Below, piece by piece: positions 35,878 through 45,636 of a stretch of 64,000 bases of DNA (the first letter of the stretch is position 1; every line of letters starts with the position of its first letter). Location: assembly GCA_963755915.1 (NCBI GenBank), contig CAVWLP010000002.1:2784001-2848000 (forward strand), read 5' to 3'. The notes under the pieces are model-generated. The model was given only the letters and a program-made list of their open reading frames with translations. It was not told where the DNA came from and made no database searches. The stretch is from an uncultured Phycisphaerales bacterium. Lineage in GTDB: Bacteria > Planctomycetota > Phycisphaerae > Tepidisphaerales > Tepidisphaeraceae. The position numbers and the translations under genes were made by a program.

Positions 35878-35904
35878 TCAGCCCCCCCCGGTTTCAGCCG
35901 ATAA
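35878..35904 (+). promoter_or_regulatory. Candidate sigma-28 (FliA) promoter of the PilZ gene
   Basis: TCAG-N15-GCCGATAA, 23 nt before ATG 35928; consensus is TAAA-N15-GCCGATAA. Confidence 0.5.
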
Positions 35905-35927
35905 CTCTCGGACGGGACTGGTGCACC

Positions 35928-36353
35928 ATGAAATTCACCGAAGCAAAGTTCGCCGAAACCGTCGAACTCCTGCACGCCTCTGGCGGCGCCAAGTCTGGCA
36001 AAGACAAACGCCGCGCCGAACGCAAAGACGTCCGCCTCACCGTCCCCATTAAACTCAGCAAAAGCGACAATTCCCCCTGGATCAATGTTCAGCTCCGCGA
36101 TGTTTCCTCCCGTGGCATCCGATTCTGCGCACCCCAGCCAATCGGCATCGACGACAATTTCCTTCTCCGCCTCCCCGGCGCCAAGGGAAAAAATTCCTTC
36201 ACAACTCTCATCTGTCGCGTCGCCAACTGCCGGCCCGACAAGGACGACCAGTTCATGATCGGCGCCGAATTCATTGGCCAGGACACAAATCAGCTTTCCC
36301 CCGCCGAAGAACAGAAGGAACTGGAGCGCATCCGCCGCTGGATCCTCGGCTAG
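35928..36353 (+). CDS. Stand-alone PilZ domain protein
   Basis: c-di-GMP-binding motifs RRAER (RxxxR) and DVSSRG (DxSxxG). Confidence 0.85.
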   Translation: MKFTEAKFAETVELLHASGGAKSGKDKRRAERKDVRLTVPIKLSKSDNSPWINVQLRDVSSRGIRFCAPQPIGIDDNFLLRLPGAKGKNSFTTLICRVANCRPDKDDQFMIGAEFIGQDTNQLSPAEEQKELERIRRWILG

Positions 36354-38930
36354 TTTTTCCCGTTATCCACCGCGCCGTCCGTGAAAACCCATACCTTCCC
36401 CCCTCCAGGTCCGCCGCCATTTCCACCAGCACGCGCCGCAGCTTTCCCTCCGCAATCCACCCGCACAGCGGGGCAAGATTGATCTGAATCCCATCGTCCA
36501 CCCACCGCCCCCAACCCCGCGGCAGCTTCTCTCCAATCCGCGCAATCCCCACACGCACTGCCCCCTCGCTCAACGACGAAACCGCCACAATCTTCTCCCC
36601 GCTCGAAAATCCCCAAACCACCGGCCGATTGCGATACGTGGCATTGTGCCAGGCGAGAAAATCCCGTGAGAGAAACTTCTCCAGCCCGCCAACCGCGGCA
36701 GTTATCTCCGCCGCCGCCTTTGTTCCCCGCGCTCTTCGAGAATGCTCACAATGTCGCGCCCAACCGCGCATCCATCGGCGAAAGCATCGCCGTCTCCCCC
36801 CGCGACGAACCGCCCCATCTCCCCAGCCAGATCCCAATCGCAAAACTGATCCACCTCGCCGCTCTCTCCCATTTTCCCCCTCTCCCTGTACGCAGGGAGA
36901 GGGCCGGGGTGAGGGCCGTGGATTTGATGTCGTACAATTCCGCCACGATCCCATCAATCCTCTTCTCCGCGTGCGCAATCTTCTCTCGCAGCTCCTCTGA
37001 TTCCTCCCCATCCCACCCTTCCGGCTCCTCAAAATCCGCACTCGTCTCATCAAACCGATCCAGCCTCTTAGTCCACTCGATCGCCGCTTTCACCTCCGCC
37101 CTCAACTCATCCGGAAAATCCCCTGGCACTGGAAGCTGCCGCAAATCCCCCACCTGAAAATTCACCGTCGGATTGATCGCCTTCAATAACTCTCCCGCCA
37201 CCGACGAATTCAGCACCCCCAGCATCGCCAGCGAGTCCCGCGGAAACAGCGCCGACCCCGCCACGTCAAAAATCGTTCCTTTTTCCATCTGCCGGGCGCT
37301 GAATCGCCCGCTCGTCAGATACGAATAGGTAATCCCCTCTTTTCCATACCACGCGCTGTTTTTCGCGACCCATTGCCAATCCCCGTTGAGATACGGATAC
37401 CGCTCGACGATGGACGCCTTGATCTCCCGCCCATCCTCTCCCCAGTTCACCCTATGCCGCGCCGACTCATACCACCTGCGAAACCTCCCCGCCTTCGCAT
37501 ACGGCACCCACTTATTCCTCTCCCCGCAAAACCCCGGTTCCTCGATTTCCCACCAATACCTCACAAACCGCGCATTATCCGTCGTCGCCAACCCCTGCCG
37601 CGGCGGCGCAATCTCCCCCAATTTCGGCAACGTCTCAAACGCCCGTCTCACTGCCGGCGAAATCCAATACATCCAAGCCCCGCGCGGCATCGCCGCCAGT
37701 TCGGCCTGTTCCAGTATGAAAACATTTTCCCTTGTGCGTCTCTCCGTCTTTCCCCCGCCCCCGGTACTCCGGGGGAGGGCAGGGGAGGGGGTTCGGCGCA
37801 TGTGATTTTCGCTCCCGATCATTTCCTCGAGCGCATCACATTTCTCTTCCTCATCCACCACCCGATAAAACCTCCCCGCCGATTCCTCGCACGGCTTCCT
37901 CCTCAACACCACCGCCGCCGTCTGAAGCGTCCCTGGATTCCCAACCGCAAAAAGCCCCGGCCCAAAATGCGCCACCGTCTCGACCATCCCCCCCTCGGCA
38001 ATCTCCCTTCTCATCCTCTCAAACGCAGCCGTGAACATGAACGACTGCATCGTCAAAATCCCCGCCCGCCCCCCCGGCCCCAGCATCTCCATCGCCCGCA
38101 AAATGAAACAGCTATATAAATCCCGCCACCCCGCGGGATATCGCTTCTTGAGCCGTTTCACCACCGCGGGATCCAGATTCCGCGCCGACAGATACGGCGG
38201 ATTTGTCACCACCACGTCAAACTTCTCCGCCACGTCGCCAAACAGTGCATCGCCCACAACCAGCCGATGCTCCCGAATCGGCCTCCCAATCTTTATCTCC
38301 AGGCTCTTTCTTCCCAGCTCGACAGCCACCGGATCAATATCAAACCCCACCAGATTATTCCGCACGATCGACACATCGATATCTCCCCTGAATCCCTCCT
38401 CCCGATACATCTCCCGCAGCATCTCCAGCGCCACCAGCCCGAAATTCATGGTCCCACAAGCCGGATCGCAAATGCGAATATCCGCAACGCTCTTTGCCTT
38501 TTCTTGGCATCTTGGCGTCTTGGCGGTAAAAAATTCTTTGAACCGCCAAGACGCCAAGAGCGCAAAGAAGAGGAATCAATCCACTTCCATTTCTTCACCA
38601 ACCCTGACTCCGGATGCCAATCTAGCCAAAGCTTCCCCAGCGTATTCTGAAGCAAAAACTCCACCACCCATCGCGGCGTAAAGAGTTGTGTCACCGCCGG
38701 AATTTCCGTATCGGAAAACTTCCTCCTCTCCCGCGCCGTCCCCCGATACGCCGCCTCGAGCGCCGGCGCATTGATCGCCTGGTAAATCTGCCCCAGCGCG
38801 TCATCCTCCCGAAGGATCGGCTTCAATTCCGCGATCTCCCCGCAATCCCCACTTCGCATCGCCTCGGCTACAAGATCCAGCAACCCCCGCGCCCGCCACG
38901 CGCGGCAACAACTCCGCCACCACATTGTAA
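36350..38930 (-). CDS. BREX PglX-like / Eco57I-type N6-adenine DNA methyltransferase; frameshifted, both ends approximate
   Basis: IPAVTQLFTPRWVVEFLLQNTLGKLW, DPACGTMNF, VVTNPPY, QGLATTDNARFVRYWWE, KWVPYAKAGRFRRWY, INPTVNFQVGDL, C-terminal YRNRPVVWGFSS and DDGIQINLAPL. Confidence 0.85.
36876..36915. repeat. REP-like palindrome (family D) embedded in frame in the methyltransferase
   Basis: ccccctctccctgtacgcagggagagggccggggtgaggg, translated within TALTPALSLRTGRGGKW. Confidence 0.8.
37749..37793. repeat. REP-like palindrome (family D) embedded in frame in the methyltransferase
   Basis: 44/45 identical to the intergenic copy at 62634-62678; translated within TPSPALPRSTGGGGK. Confidence 0.9.
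38501..38569. repeat. Family C hairpin (cgccaag-based units) inside the methyltransferase linker
   Basis: ttcttggcatcttggcgtcttggcggt ... accgccaagacgccaagagcgcaaagaa; related intergenic copy at 52051. Confidence 0.85.
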
Positions 38931-39027
38931 AGCCGACGCCGGTCCACCGTGGAAGGCGCTTATACCGCAAACAGAAATCAAAAAATAGACCCCCATTCAA
39001 ACGAAAAACCGCCGCCACCAGTTTCAT

Positions 39028-39135
39028 TCATTCGAATTTCGAATTTGATTCGTCCGGAGGCGCGGACGCCTCCGGGGCGTATTCGCCGATTACGGTCCGG
39101 AGCCGTCCGGGCTCGAATTTCGGAATTCGAATTTC
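39028..39135. repeat. Single family A arm with nested ~59-bp insert
   Basis: ttcgaatttcgaatttgattcgtc-c[ggaggcgcggacgcctcc...ggagccgtccgggctc]-gaatttcggaattcgaatttcg. Confidence 0.85.
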
Positions 39136-39151
39136 GCGGCTTGCCCGCGCC

Positions 39152-40027
39152 TCACCACTTAATCGCCTCAGGCGCAAACCGCTTGTACTTGCTATGCGGC
39201 GAAAACTCCTCCCCCAGTTGCTCCACCTGCTGCCGATACGCCAAATACGCTTCTCCGCTTGCCCGCGTAAACCCCTGCAATCCGATCACCTGGTAAAAAT
39301 CCGGCCGCCACCCCTTCACGCCGCGCTCGATGGTGCACGCAATCCCATGCTGATTGAGAAAATCCCGCGCCTCCTCGGCCGTCTTCTCATCAAAATAACT
39401 CTGCATCAGAACATAGTGCATATTCACCACGCGCTCCCCCGGTTGCGCCAGGTTCGCCCCCTCAGTCTCACTTGCCGTCTGGCTCGCTTGGGCCACATCC
39501 TCCTGCAACTCCGGCGACGTCCCACCGGAAGGCGTCTGGCCCGAATACGTCTCCTGCGGAAGCTGCATGCTCCTCGGCGTCACCGCCAAAACGTCCGGAT
39601 GCACCGGCCCCGCCTCAATCGCCGCCTCCACCGACCCCGCGTTCAATCTCGGCGCCATATAATGCCGCCCCAAAACAACTCCGCCGATGACAATCCCCGC
39701 CGCCATCGCTCCCGTCGCCACTCCATGAATCCGCGCCAGCCATGCCATCCCGCCGCGCATCGCCCCCGAGCACTTGGCGAAACCTCCCTGCCATGCCGAT
39801 TTCACCCCCGCCCCAAAATCCCCGATCGACTTGCCGATCTTCTCCTTCGGAAACGTCCATGTCTCCGGATCGGAATTCTTCTTCTTCCAAAGATCCGCGG
39901 CCTCTTCCGCCATCTTCGCGGAAAAGCTCGCGCTCGCCTTCGGCGGAGTCTCCGCAGACTTCAGCCCAAACCGTTTGTCCTGATGAATAACTTCAAACAG
40001 CGCAACCGCGCGTTTCCCCTTGGCCAT
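39152..40027 (-). CDS. Membrane protein with C-terminal SPOR-like domain
   Basis: N-terminal ALFEVI, one TM helix, C-terminal HYVLMQSYFDEKTAEEARDFLNQHGI. Confidence 0.6.
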   Translation of the reverse strand: MAKGKRAVALFEVIHQDKRFGLKSAETPPKASASFSAKMAEEAADLWKKKNSDPETWTFPKEKIGKSIGDFGAGVKSAWQGGFAKCSGAMRGGMAWLARIHGVATGAMAAGIVIGGVVLGRHYMAPRLNAGSVEAAIEAGPVHPDVLAVTPRSMQLPQETYSGQTPSGGTSPELQEDVAQASQTASETEGANLAQPGERVVNMHYVLMQSYFDEKTAEEARDFLNQHGIACTIERGVKGWRPDFYQVIGLQGFTRASGEAYLAYRQQVEQLGEEFSPHSKYKRFAPEAIKW

Positions 40028-40215
40028 CCTTGACCATCCTTTCCAGTTACGTCGACGTCAAAATTACGGCCCGCCACACCCGAAATCAAGACGTTAAAAA
40101 AATAAAAAGCTCACGCAGAGGCGCAAAGGCGAAGAGAAATGATTCAACCTGACCTTCCCCACGTTTGGTGGGCGCGGCCTGAAGCCGGATAATCCGGCTG
40201 AAGGAGCGAATTGCC

Positions 40216-40518
40216 ATGGGACGCAAACATTATTCCAGGGAGTTTCAGGACGAAGCCTGCAAACTCGTCACCGATCAAGGCTACACACAAAGGAAAGCGG
40301 CCCAGGAACTGGGCCTTCCGGTGCACATCGTGCATCACTGGATGAAAAAACGTGGACTGATCAAGCCCGCGGCTGAGGAGCCCGCGTTTCCAGACACCAA
40401 CGATCCGACGCTGCTCAAGGCCCGCATCCGCGAGTTGCAAAAGCAATTGCGGCGGGTCGAAACCGAGAAGGAGATTTTAAAAAAAGCGACGGCCTACTTC
40501 GCATGCCAGAACCCATGA
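40216..40518 (+). CDS. IS3 transposase OrfA (HTH)
   Basis: RKHYSREFQDEA...EILKKATAYF; slippery A7G at 40479-40486. Confidence 0.93.
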   Translation: MGRKHYSREFQDEACKLVTDQGYTQRKAAQELGLPVHIVHHWMKKRGLIKPAAEEPAFPDTNDPTLLKARIRELQKQLRRVETEKEILKKATAYFACQNP

Positions 40519-41375
40519 GATTCGCCTGGATCAAAGAACATCGGGACCCGTTCGATCTGGCCGCATTGTGCGATGCGCTGGAAGTCAGCCGCAGCGGGTA
40601 TTACGCCTGGCTGAAACGTCCAGCCAGCCCGCGGCACAAGCGCCGGGAAGAGCTGACTGAGAAGATCCGCGAGGTTCATGAGGAGAGTCGCTATACCTAC
40701 GGCAGCCCGCGGGTGCACGCGGAGCTGGCGGATCGGCAGGTGAGCGTCTGCGTGAACACGGTGGCGCGTCTGATGAAACAGGCCGGATTGCAATCGCGGA
40801 TTCGCCGGCGATTCGTCGTCCATACCACCGATTCGAATCACGATGAGCCGGTCGCGGCCAATGTGCTGGACCGCCAGTTCGCAACTGAGGCGCCCAACCG
40901 CAAGTGGTGCTGCGACATCACCTACGTTCCGACGGATGAAGGATTCCTATACCTGGCGGCCGTGATCGACCTGTGCAGTCGGAAAATAGTCGGCTGGTCG
41001 ATGGCCGATCATCTGCGAAGTGAGCTGTGTCTGGAAGCGATATCGATGGCGCTGACACATCGCCGACCGGAGCGAGGTTTGCTGCACCACTCCGATCGCG
41101 GTGTCCAATACGCCTGCGAGACTTATCGACAGATGCTGGCGGAGCATGGGATGGAGCGGAGCATGAGCCGCACCGGCAATTGCTACGACAACGCGGTGAT
41201 GGAGAGCTTTTTCAGCACGCTGAAGACGGAGCTCATTTATCACGAGCACTACGCAACGCAAGCGGAGGCTCGGCGTTCGATCTTTGAGTACATTGAAGTG
41301 TTTTACAATCGCCAGAGACGTCACTCGGCGATAGGCTACCAAAGCCCCGAAGCGTTCGAGGCCAGCCTGAACTGA
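40515..41375 (+). CDS. IS3 transposase OrfB (DDE integrase core)
   Basis: YGSPRV, WCCDITY, HSDRGVQY, DNAVMESFF; -1 frame relative to OrfA, ATGA overlap. Confidence 0.95.
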   Translation: MRFAWIKEHRDPFDLAALCDALEVSRSGYYAWLKRPASPRHKRREELTEKIREVHEESRYTYGSPRVHAELADRQVSVCVNTVARLMKQAGLQSRIRRRFVVHTTDSNHDEPVAANVLDRQFATEAPNRKWCCDITYVPTDEGFLYLAAVIDLCSRKIVGWSMADHLRSELCLEAISMALTHRRPERGLLHHSDRGVQYACETYRQMLAEHGMERSMSRTGNCYDNAVMESFFSTLKTELIYHEHYATQAEARRSIFEYIEVFYNRQRRHSAIGYQSPEAFEASLN

Positions 41376-41446
41376 CGATTTGGCCGCGCCCACCGAACGT
41401 GGGGAAGGTCAACCTCTGCGCCTTTGCGCTCTGCGTGAGATTCTCT

Positions 41447-41908
41447 TTACCGAATTTCCAAAATAAATTCGATTTCGACAGGGGAATTCAACGGCAGTGC
41501 CGCCGCCCCGACCGCCGCGCACACATGCCTCCCCGCATCGGCAAAAATTGCCTGTAGCAATTCGCTCGCCCCATTCGCCACCTTCGCCTGCTCTCGAAAA
41601 TCCCGATCGCTCTGTACGAACACCCCAATCCTCACCACGCGAACAATCCGCTCCCATTTCCCGCCAAGCTCCGCCCCCACTATGGCCAGCGCGTTCACAA
41701 CGCACTGCGCCGCCGCCTTCTGTGCCGACTCCAGGCTGACCGCCGACGGCACCGGCCCCTCCGCCATCAGTTTCCCCCCGCTCGTCGGCAACTGCCCGCT
41801 CACAAAAATCAGATTTCCGCTCACCACCGCCGGCAGATAAGCCCCCACCGGCCTCGGCGGCTCCGGCATTTTCCATCCCAACTCCGCCAATTTCGCCGCT
41901 ACATCCAT
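41447..41908 (-). CDS. RidA/YjgF family protein
   Basis: PVGAYLPAV, FVSGQLP, VANGASELL, GRHVCAAVG...LPLNSPVEIE. Confidence 0.88.
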   Translation of the reverse strand: MDVAAKLAELGWKMPEPPRPVGAYLPAVVSGNLIFVSGQLPTSGGKLMAEGPVPSAVSLESAQKAAAQCVVNALAIVGAELGGKWERIVRVVRIGVFVQSDRDFREQAKVANGASELLQAIFADAGRHVCAAVGAAALPLNSPVEIEFILEIR

Positions 41909-42023
41909 CCCCGCTATGATACCCCCCATCAGGCGCCCCACGAAACAACAACGCGCCCCCCAAAATCTGTGAACGCCCACGGCGCCGCCGTGGGGGAATT
42001 TCGAACACGCAAATCCATCCACC

Positions 42024-42837
42024 ATGAAACCCCGCCGCCATCATCCCGACGCCTCGCGCAGATATCACGATCGTGTCGCCCGGAAGTACGACGCCATCTA
42101 CGACGACCCTTACTGGGAATTCCACGACCGTCTCACCTGGCAGGCCATCAAGCCCCATATCCCCACCGACGCCTCCGCTCCCTGCTGCGACCTCGGCTGC
42201 GGCACCGGAAAATGGGGCCTCAAGCTCCTCAAGAGCGGCTATCCCACCACCTTCGTCGACAACGCCGCCGCCATGATCGAAAAAACCCGCGCAAAATCGC
42301 CGACCTCGGCCCCAAATCTGACAAAGCCACGCTCGTGGTAGCCGACATCATCGATCTCGGCCAACTCGAATCCCACCGCTTCAACCTGATCCTCGCCATG
42401 GGCGACCCGCTGTCGATTTGCTCCGACGCCAATCGCGCCGTCCAGGAAATGCGCCGAATCTGCGCCCCGGCGGCATCGTCATCGCCACCGCCGACAACAA
42501 GCTCGCCGCCCTCGACCACTACCTCGAAAAATCCGACATCGACTCCCTCGAATCCTTCGTAAAAACCGGCAAAACCCACTGGCTCACCCCCGACGAGCGC
42601 GAACAGTTCCAACTCACGACTTTCACCCCCCCCGATTTCCAAAAACTCTTCCAGCGCGCCGGCTTCGAGGTCCTCAAGCTCACCGGCAAAACCATCCTCC
42701 CCATTCGCACCCACAAAGACCTCCTAGCGGATGAATCCACCTTCGACCGCCTGCTAAAACTAGAGCTGGACCTCTCCCGCGATCCCACTTCCGCCGCCAA
42801 AGCCGCCCACCTCCAAATCACCGCCAAAAAAATCTAA
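42024..42837 (+). CDS. Class I SAM-dependent methyltransferase; two frameshifts
   Basis: DLGCGTGKWG, LAMGDPLS, LRPGGIVIATADN. Confidence 0.82.
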
Positions 42838-42840
42838 GCT

Positions 42841-42912
42841 CTTCACTTTCACACCTTTCACACTCTTCACACCCCTCCCCCATTCGGCATTTGGCAATCG
42901 GCATTCGGCAAT
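42841..42912. repeat. Family E arm plus 7-bp family F arm (cattcgg/caatcgg) between convergent genes
   Basis: 42875-42903 ctcccccattcggcatttggcaatcggca is identical over 29 nt to 61705-61733. Confidence 0.85.
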
Positions 42913-42918
42913 CTCTTC

Positions 42919-43464
42919 TCACATTTTCGGCGCCACATCCCCATACCCCGGCGGCTTGGGCTTCTTCCCCACCTGCGTACTAAAGCTCTGCAAATACGCG
43001 ATCCACATCATCGACAGACCAAAGCTGTACGCCCCCTGCACCACCATCTCCATGTAATGCTGCGTCGGCGGAATGTGATATTTTTCGACCGATGTCCCCT
43101 GATAGGTCATCGCATTCACCGGATCCCCCTTCCCCAGCGGCGCGACCTTCACGATCGTCCGCGCATACGTCCCCACCTCTTTTTCCGTCGTCGGATCCAT
43201 TTTCCGCCCGACTTTGGCGTCCAGAACCTTCAGGTCCGCCTCGCTCAGATCAAACAGCGCCCCCGCAACGTATTTCCCCGGATCGTAGACAATGTCCGCG
43301 ATCCCTCCCCCGTAATATTCGCTGAATATTGGAAAGCAAAGCCGGTAATTATCCAGCACCGCCGGCTTCCCCGGCTTCAGCGCCGGCACCCGATTCCCAT
43401 AGTGCCGGCACCACTCCGTCACCGCCCGGATGTTCAGGTTTGATCCATACGCAAAATACCACAT
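42919..43464 (-). CDS. Gamma-glutamylcyclotransferase family protein
   Basis: MWYFAYGSNL, PPTQHYMEMVVQGA. Confidence 0.85.
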   Translation of the reverse strand: MWYFAYGSNLNIRAVTEWCRHYGNRVPALKPGKPAVLDNYRLCFPIFSEYYGGGIADIVYDPGKYVAGALFDLSEADLKVLDAKVGRKMDPTTEKEVGTYARTIVKVAPLGKGDPVNAMTYQGTSVEKYHIPPTQHYMEMVVQGAYSFGLSMMWIAYLQSFSTQVGKKPKPPGYGDVAPKM

Positions 43465-43597
43465 GCCTTCGATCCCTTAGCCAGCCGCATTCTTGCGATT
43501 GCCGCGCCAATTGCAAAAGCGCGGCGCGAACCTCGTTATCTGAATCACCTTGACGCATCGAGTCCGCTCGATTCAATCGATTATTGCGCACCGCCCG

Positions 43598-43822
43598 CGA
43601 AACTCGAAACCCGAAACTCGGAGGCGCGGACGCCTCCGGGGCGTACTCGCCGATTACGGCCCGGAGCCGTCCGCGGCTCCGACGAATCAAACCCGAATGT
43701 CGAACCGAAGCGTAGATCCCGGCGCACCGGGGACCAAAATTCGAAACTAATGCCCAAGCAACCGTTTCGTCATTCGGATTTCGGATTTGATTCGTCATTC
43801 GAGTTTCGGGTTTCGAGTTTCG
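43598..43822. repeat. Family A hairpin with nested 61-bp insert
   Basis: Insert 43620-43680 is identical to 21800-21860; the right arm overlaps the stop of the upstream gene. Confidence 0.9.
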
Positions 43823-45575
43823 GCGACGAGCCTTTCTGCCACTCGCGCCATCACCCCATCCCAATCCCCCGTCCTCTTCTGCCTGAACAACCTCATCGTC
43901 GGATACCACGCGTTATCCTCCCGCTCCAGCATCCACCGCCAGTCCGGCGTAAACGGAATCAGATCCCACACCGGCTTCCCCATCGCCCCCGCGACGTGCG
44001 CCACCGATGTATCCACCGAAATCACCAGATCCAGGTTCGCGATCAGCCCAGCCGTATCCGAAAATCCTTCAGCTCCGCGCTAAAGTTCACCACTTCCATC
44101 CCCGCCGGCGGCGAATCCGCCTGCACCGCGCTCGCCCCCACCTGCAAGCTAAAAAACCTCACATTCTTCGCCGCCGCCAGCGGCCCAAACTTCGCCAGCC
44201 CGATCGTCCGCGTCAGATCATTTTTATTCTTCGGATTCCCGGCCCAAACCAACCCCACCCGCAGCTTCCCCTCCTCTTTCGGTGCCTTCGTCTCCCAGGC
44301 TTTCGCCCGCGCGGGATCCGCAAAAAGATAGGGAATCTCCGCCGGAATCGTCTCCATCCTCGTCCCAAAACAGAGCGGCAAGCTCATCATCGGACACACC
44401 ACGTCAAACGTCGGCGGCGTTTCACCCGCCGCCAGAATTTGCTCCAAACCCGGCAACTGCTTCAGCAGCGTAACCAGCTCCGGCTGAACCTCCAGAATCA
44501 CCCTCGCCCCCCGCTGCGCCAGCAGCGGCACATACCGCGCGAAATGGATCGCATCCCCCAATCCGCCTTCCCAATAAATAAAAATCCGCTTCCCCTTGAT
44601 ATCGCCCCCATCCCACTGAAGCTCCGGAAACCGCCGAGCGATGCCCGCGTAAATCGACGATTTCCACCGCCACTCAAATTCCTTCCATCCGCGCTCATAA
44701 TTCCCCACCAGCAGCATGTTCCACCCCAGATTCCAATGCGCATCCCCATTCTCCGGCCGCAGACGAACCGCCTCCTCCAACTCCGCCACCCCTTCCTGAT
44801 ATTTGCCCTTCTTCAGCAGCGCCTGTCCCAGATGTCCGCGTGCCGTGACATGATCTGGCTGAATCCGCAGCGCTAACCGATATTTCTCAATCGCCCCATC
44901 CAGATCCCCCAACCCCGCCATCACCACTCCCAGATTATGATGCACCAGCGCCACCTCCGGCCGCAGCTTTGCGGCCTCGGCAAACTCCTGCAGCGCCTCC
45001 TCCAGCTTGTTCTGATCCTTCAGCGCATTCCCCAGATTCGTCCGATACGGCCCGCTGCCCGGCTGCAACTTCACCGCCCTGGCAAACGCCTCCTCCGCCT
45101 CCGCGAATTTCCCCTGATCCTTCAGCGCCATCCCCAGCTCATTCCACCCATCCGCAAACCCGCTCTGCAATTCCACCGCCTTGCGAAAACACGCCGCCGC
45201 ATCCTCAAACCGACCCAATCCCACCAGCAATCGCCCGCAGTTAAAGTGCCCCATCACCGAACCTGGATTCAATTCCACCGCCCGCCGCGCCGCGTTAACC
45301 GCCTCTTCGCGCCGATCCATCGCCCCCAGCACCGTCGCCAGATTGACGTGAAATTCCCCCATTCCCGGCTTGATCCCAATCGCCCTCCCGATCAAATCGA
45401 CCGCCTGGTCGTTCTTTCCCCCCTGATGCGCCAAAACCCCCAGCAGATTCAGCGCATCCGCATTCCCCGGCTCCTTCTCCAGCACCAGCCGATAAAGCCC
45501 CTCCGCCTCCGCCAATCTCCCCCCCTGGTGCGCCGCCACCGCCCGCCGCAAGATTTCGTCCGTCTTACGATCCAC
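43795..45575 (-). CDS. TPR + GT9-like glycosyltransferase domain protein; frameshift near 44055
   Basis: TPR array, GWKEFEWRW, EGGLGDAIHFARY, VGLVWAGNP, ISVDTSVAHVAGAMG, WYPTMRLFRQ. Confidence 0.88.
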
Positions 45576-45636
45576 TCCCCGATTATTGCACCGGAATCAA
45601 AAAATCTCACGCCCGGCGGCTTCGCGGTCCAATCCC

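Larger units (their letters stand above)
40150..41411 (+). mobile_element. IS3-family insertion sequence, 1262 bp
   Basis: 30-bp terminal IRs TGACCTTCCCCACGTT(T/C)GGTGGGCGCGGCC with one mismatch, TG...CA ends, 3-bp target duplication ACC (40147-40149, 41412-41414). Confidence 0.96.
40110..41440. repeat. Family B hairpin split by the IS3 (arms 40110-40136 and 41414-41440)
   Basis: Left arm ctcacgcagaggcgcaaaggcgaagag; reverse complement of the right arm tctcacgcagagcgcaaaggcgcagag. Confidence 0.85.

Noticed and set aside
34668-36353. Apparent 561-aa dehydrogenase-PilZ fusion in the ORF track
   Set aside because: An indel near 35785 skips the natural end FADAIIAKLA* (stop 35849-35851). The PilZ gene has its own ATG (35928) and a promoter candidate.
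36350-38930. Complete BREX defence system
   Set aside because: Only a PglX-like gene is present; no brxA, brxB, brxC, pglZ or brxL was recognised.
18621-43822. Family A repeats as a CRISPR array
   Set aside because: They are dispersed inverted repeats of 7-bp units with no repeat-spacer periodicity, and no cas genes are present.
43349-43909. 186-aa ORF and similar ORFs over the hairpins (21730-22497 tail, 30099-30293, 38949-39296)
   Set aside because: They are translations of the repeat arms and the 61-bp insert (RNSKPETRMTNQIRNP, GADASGAYSPITARSRPR) with no independent coding evidence.
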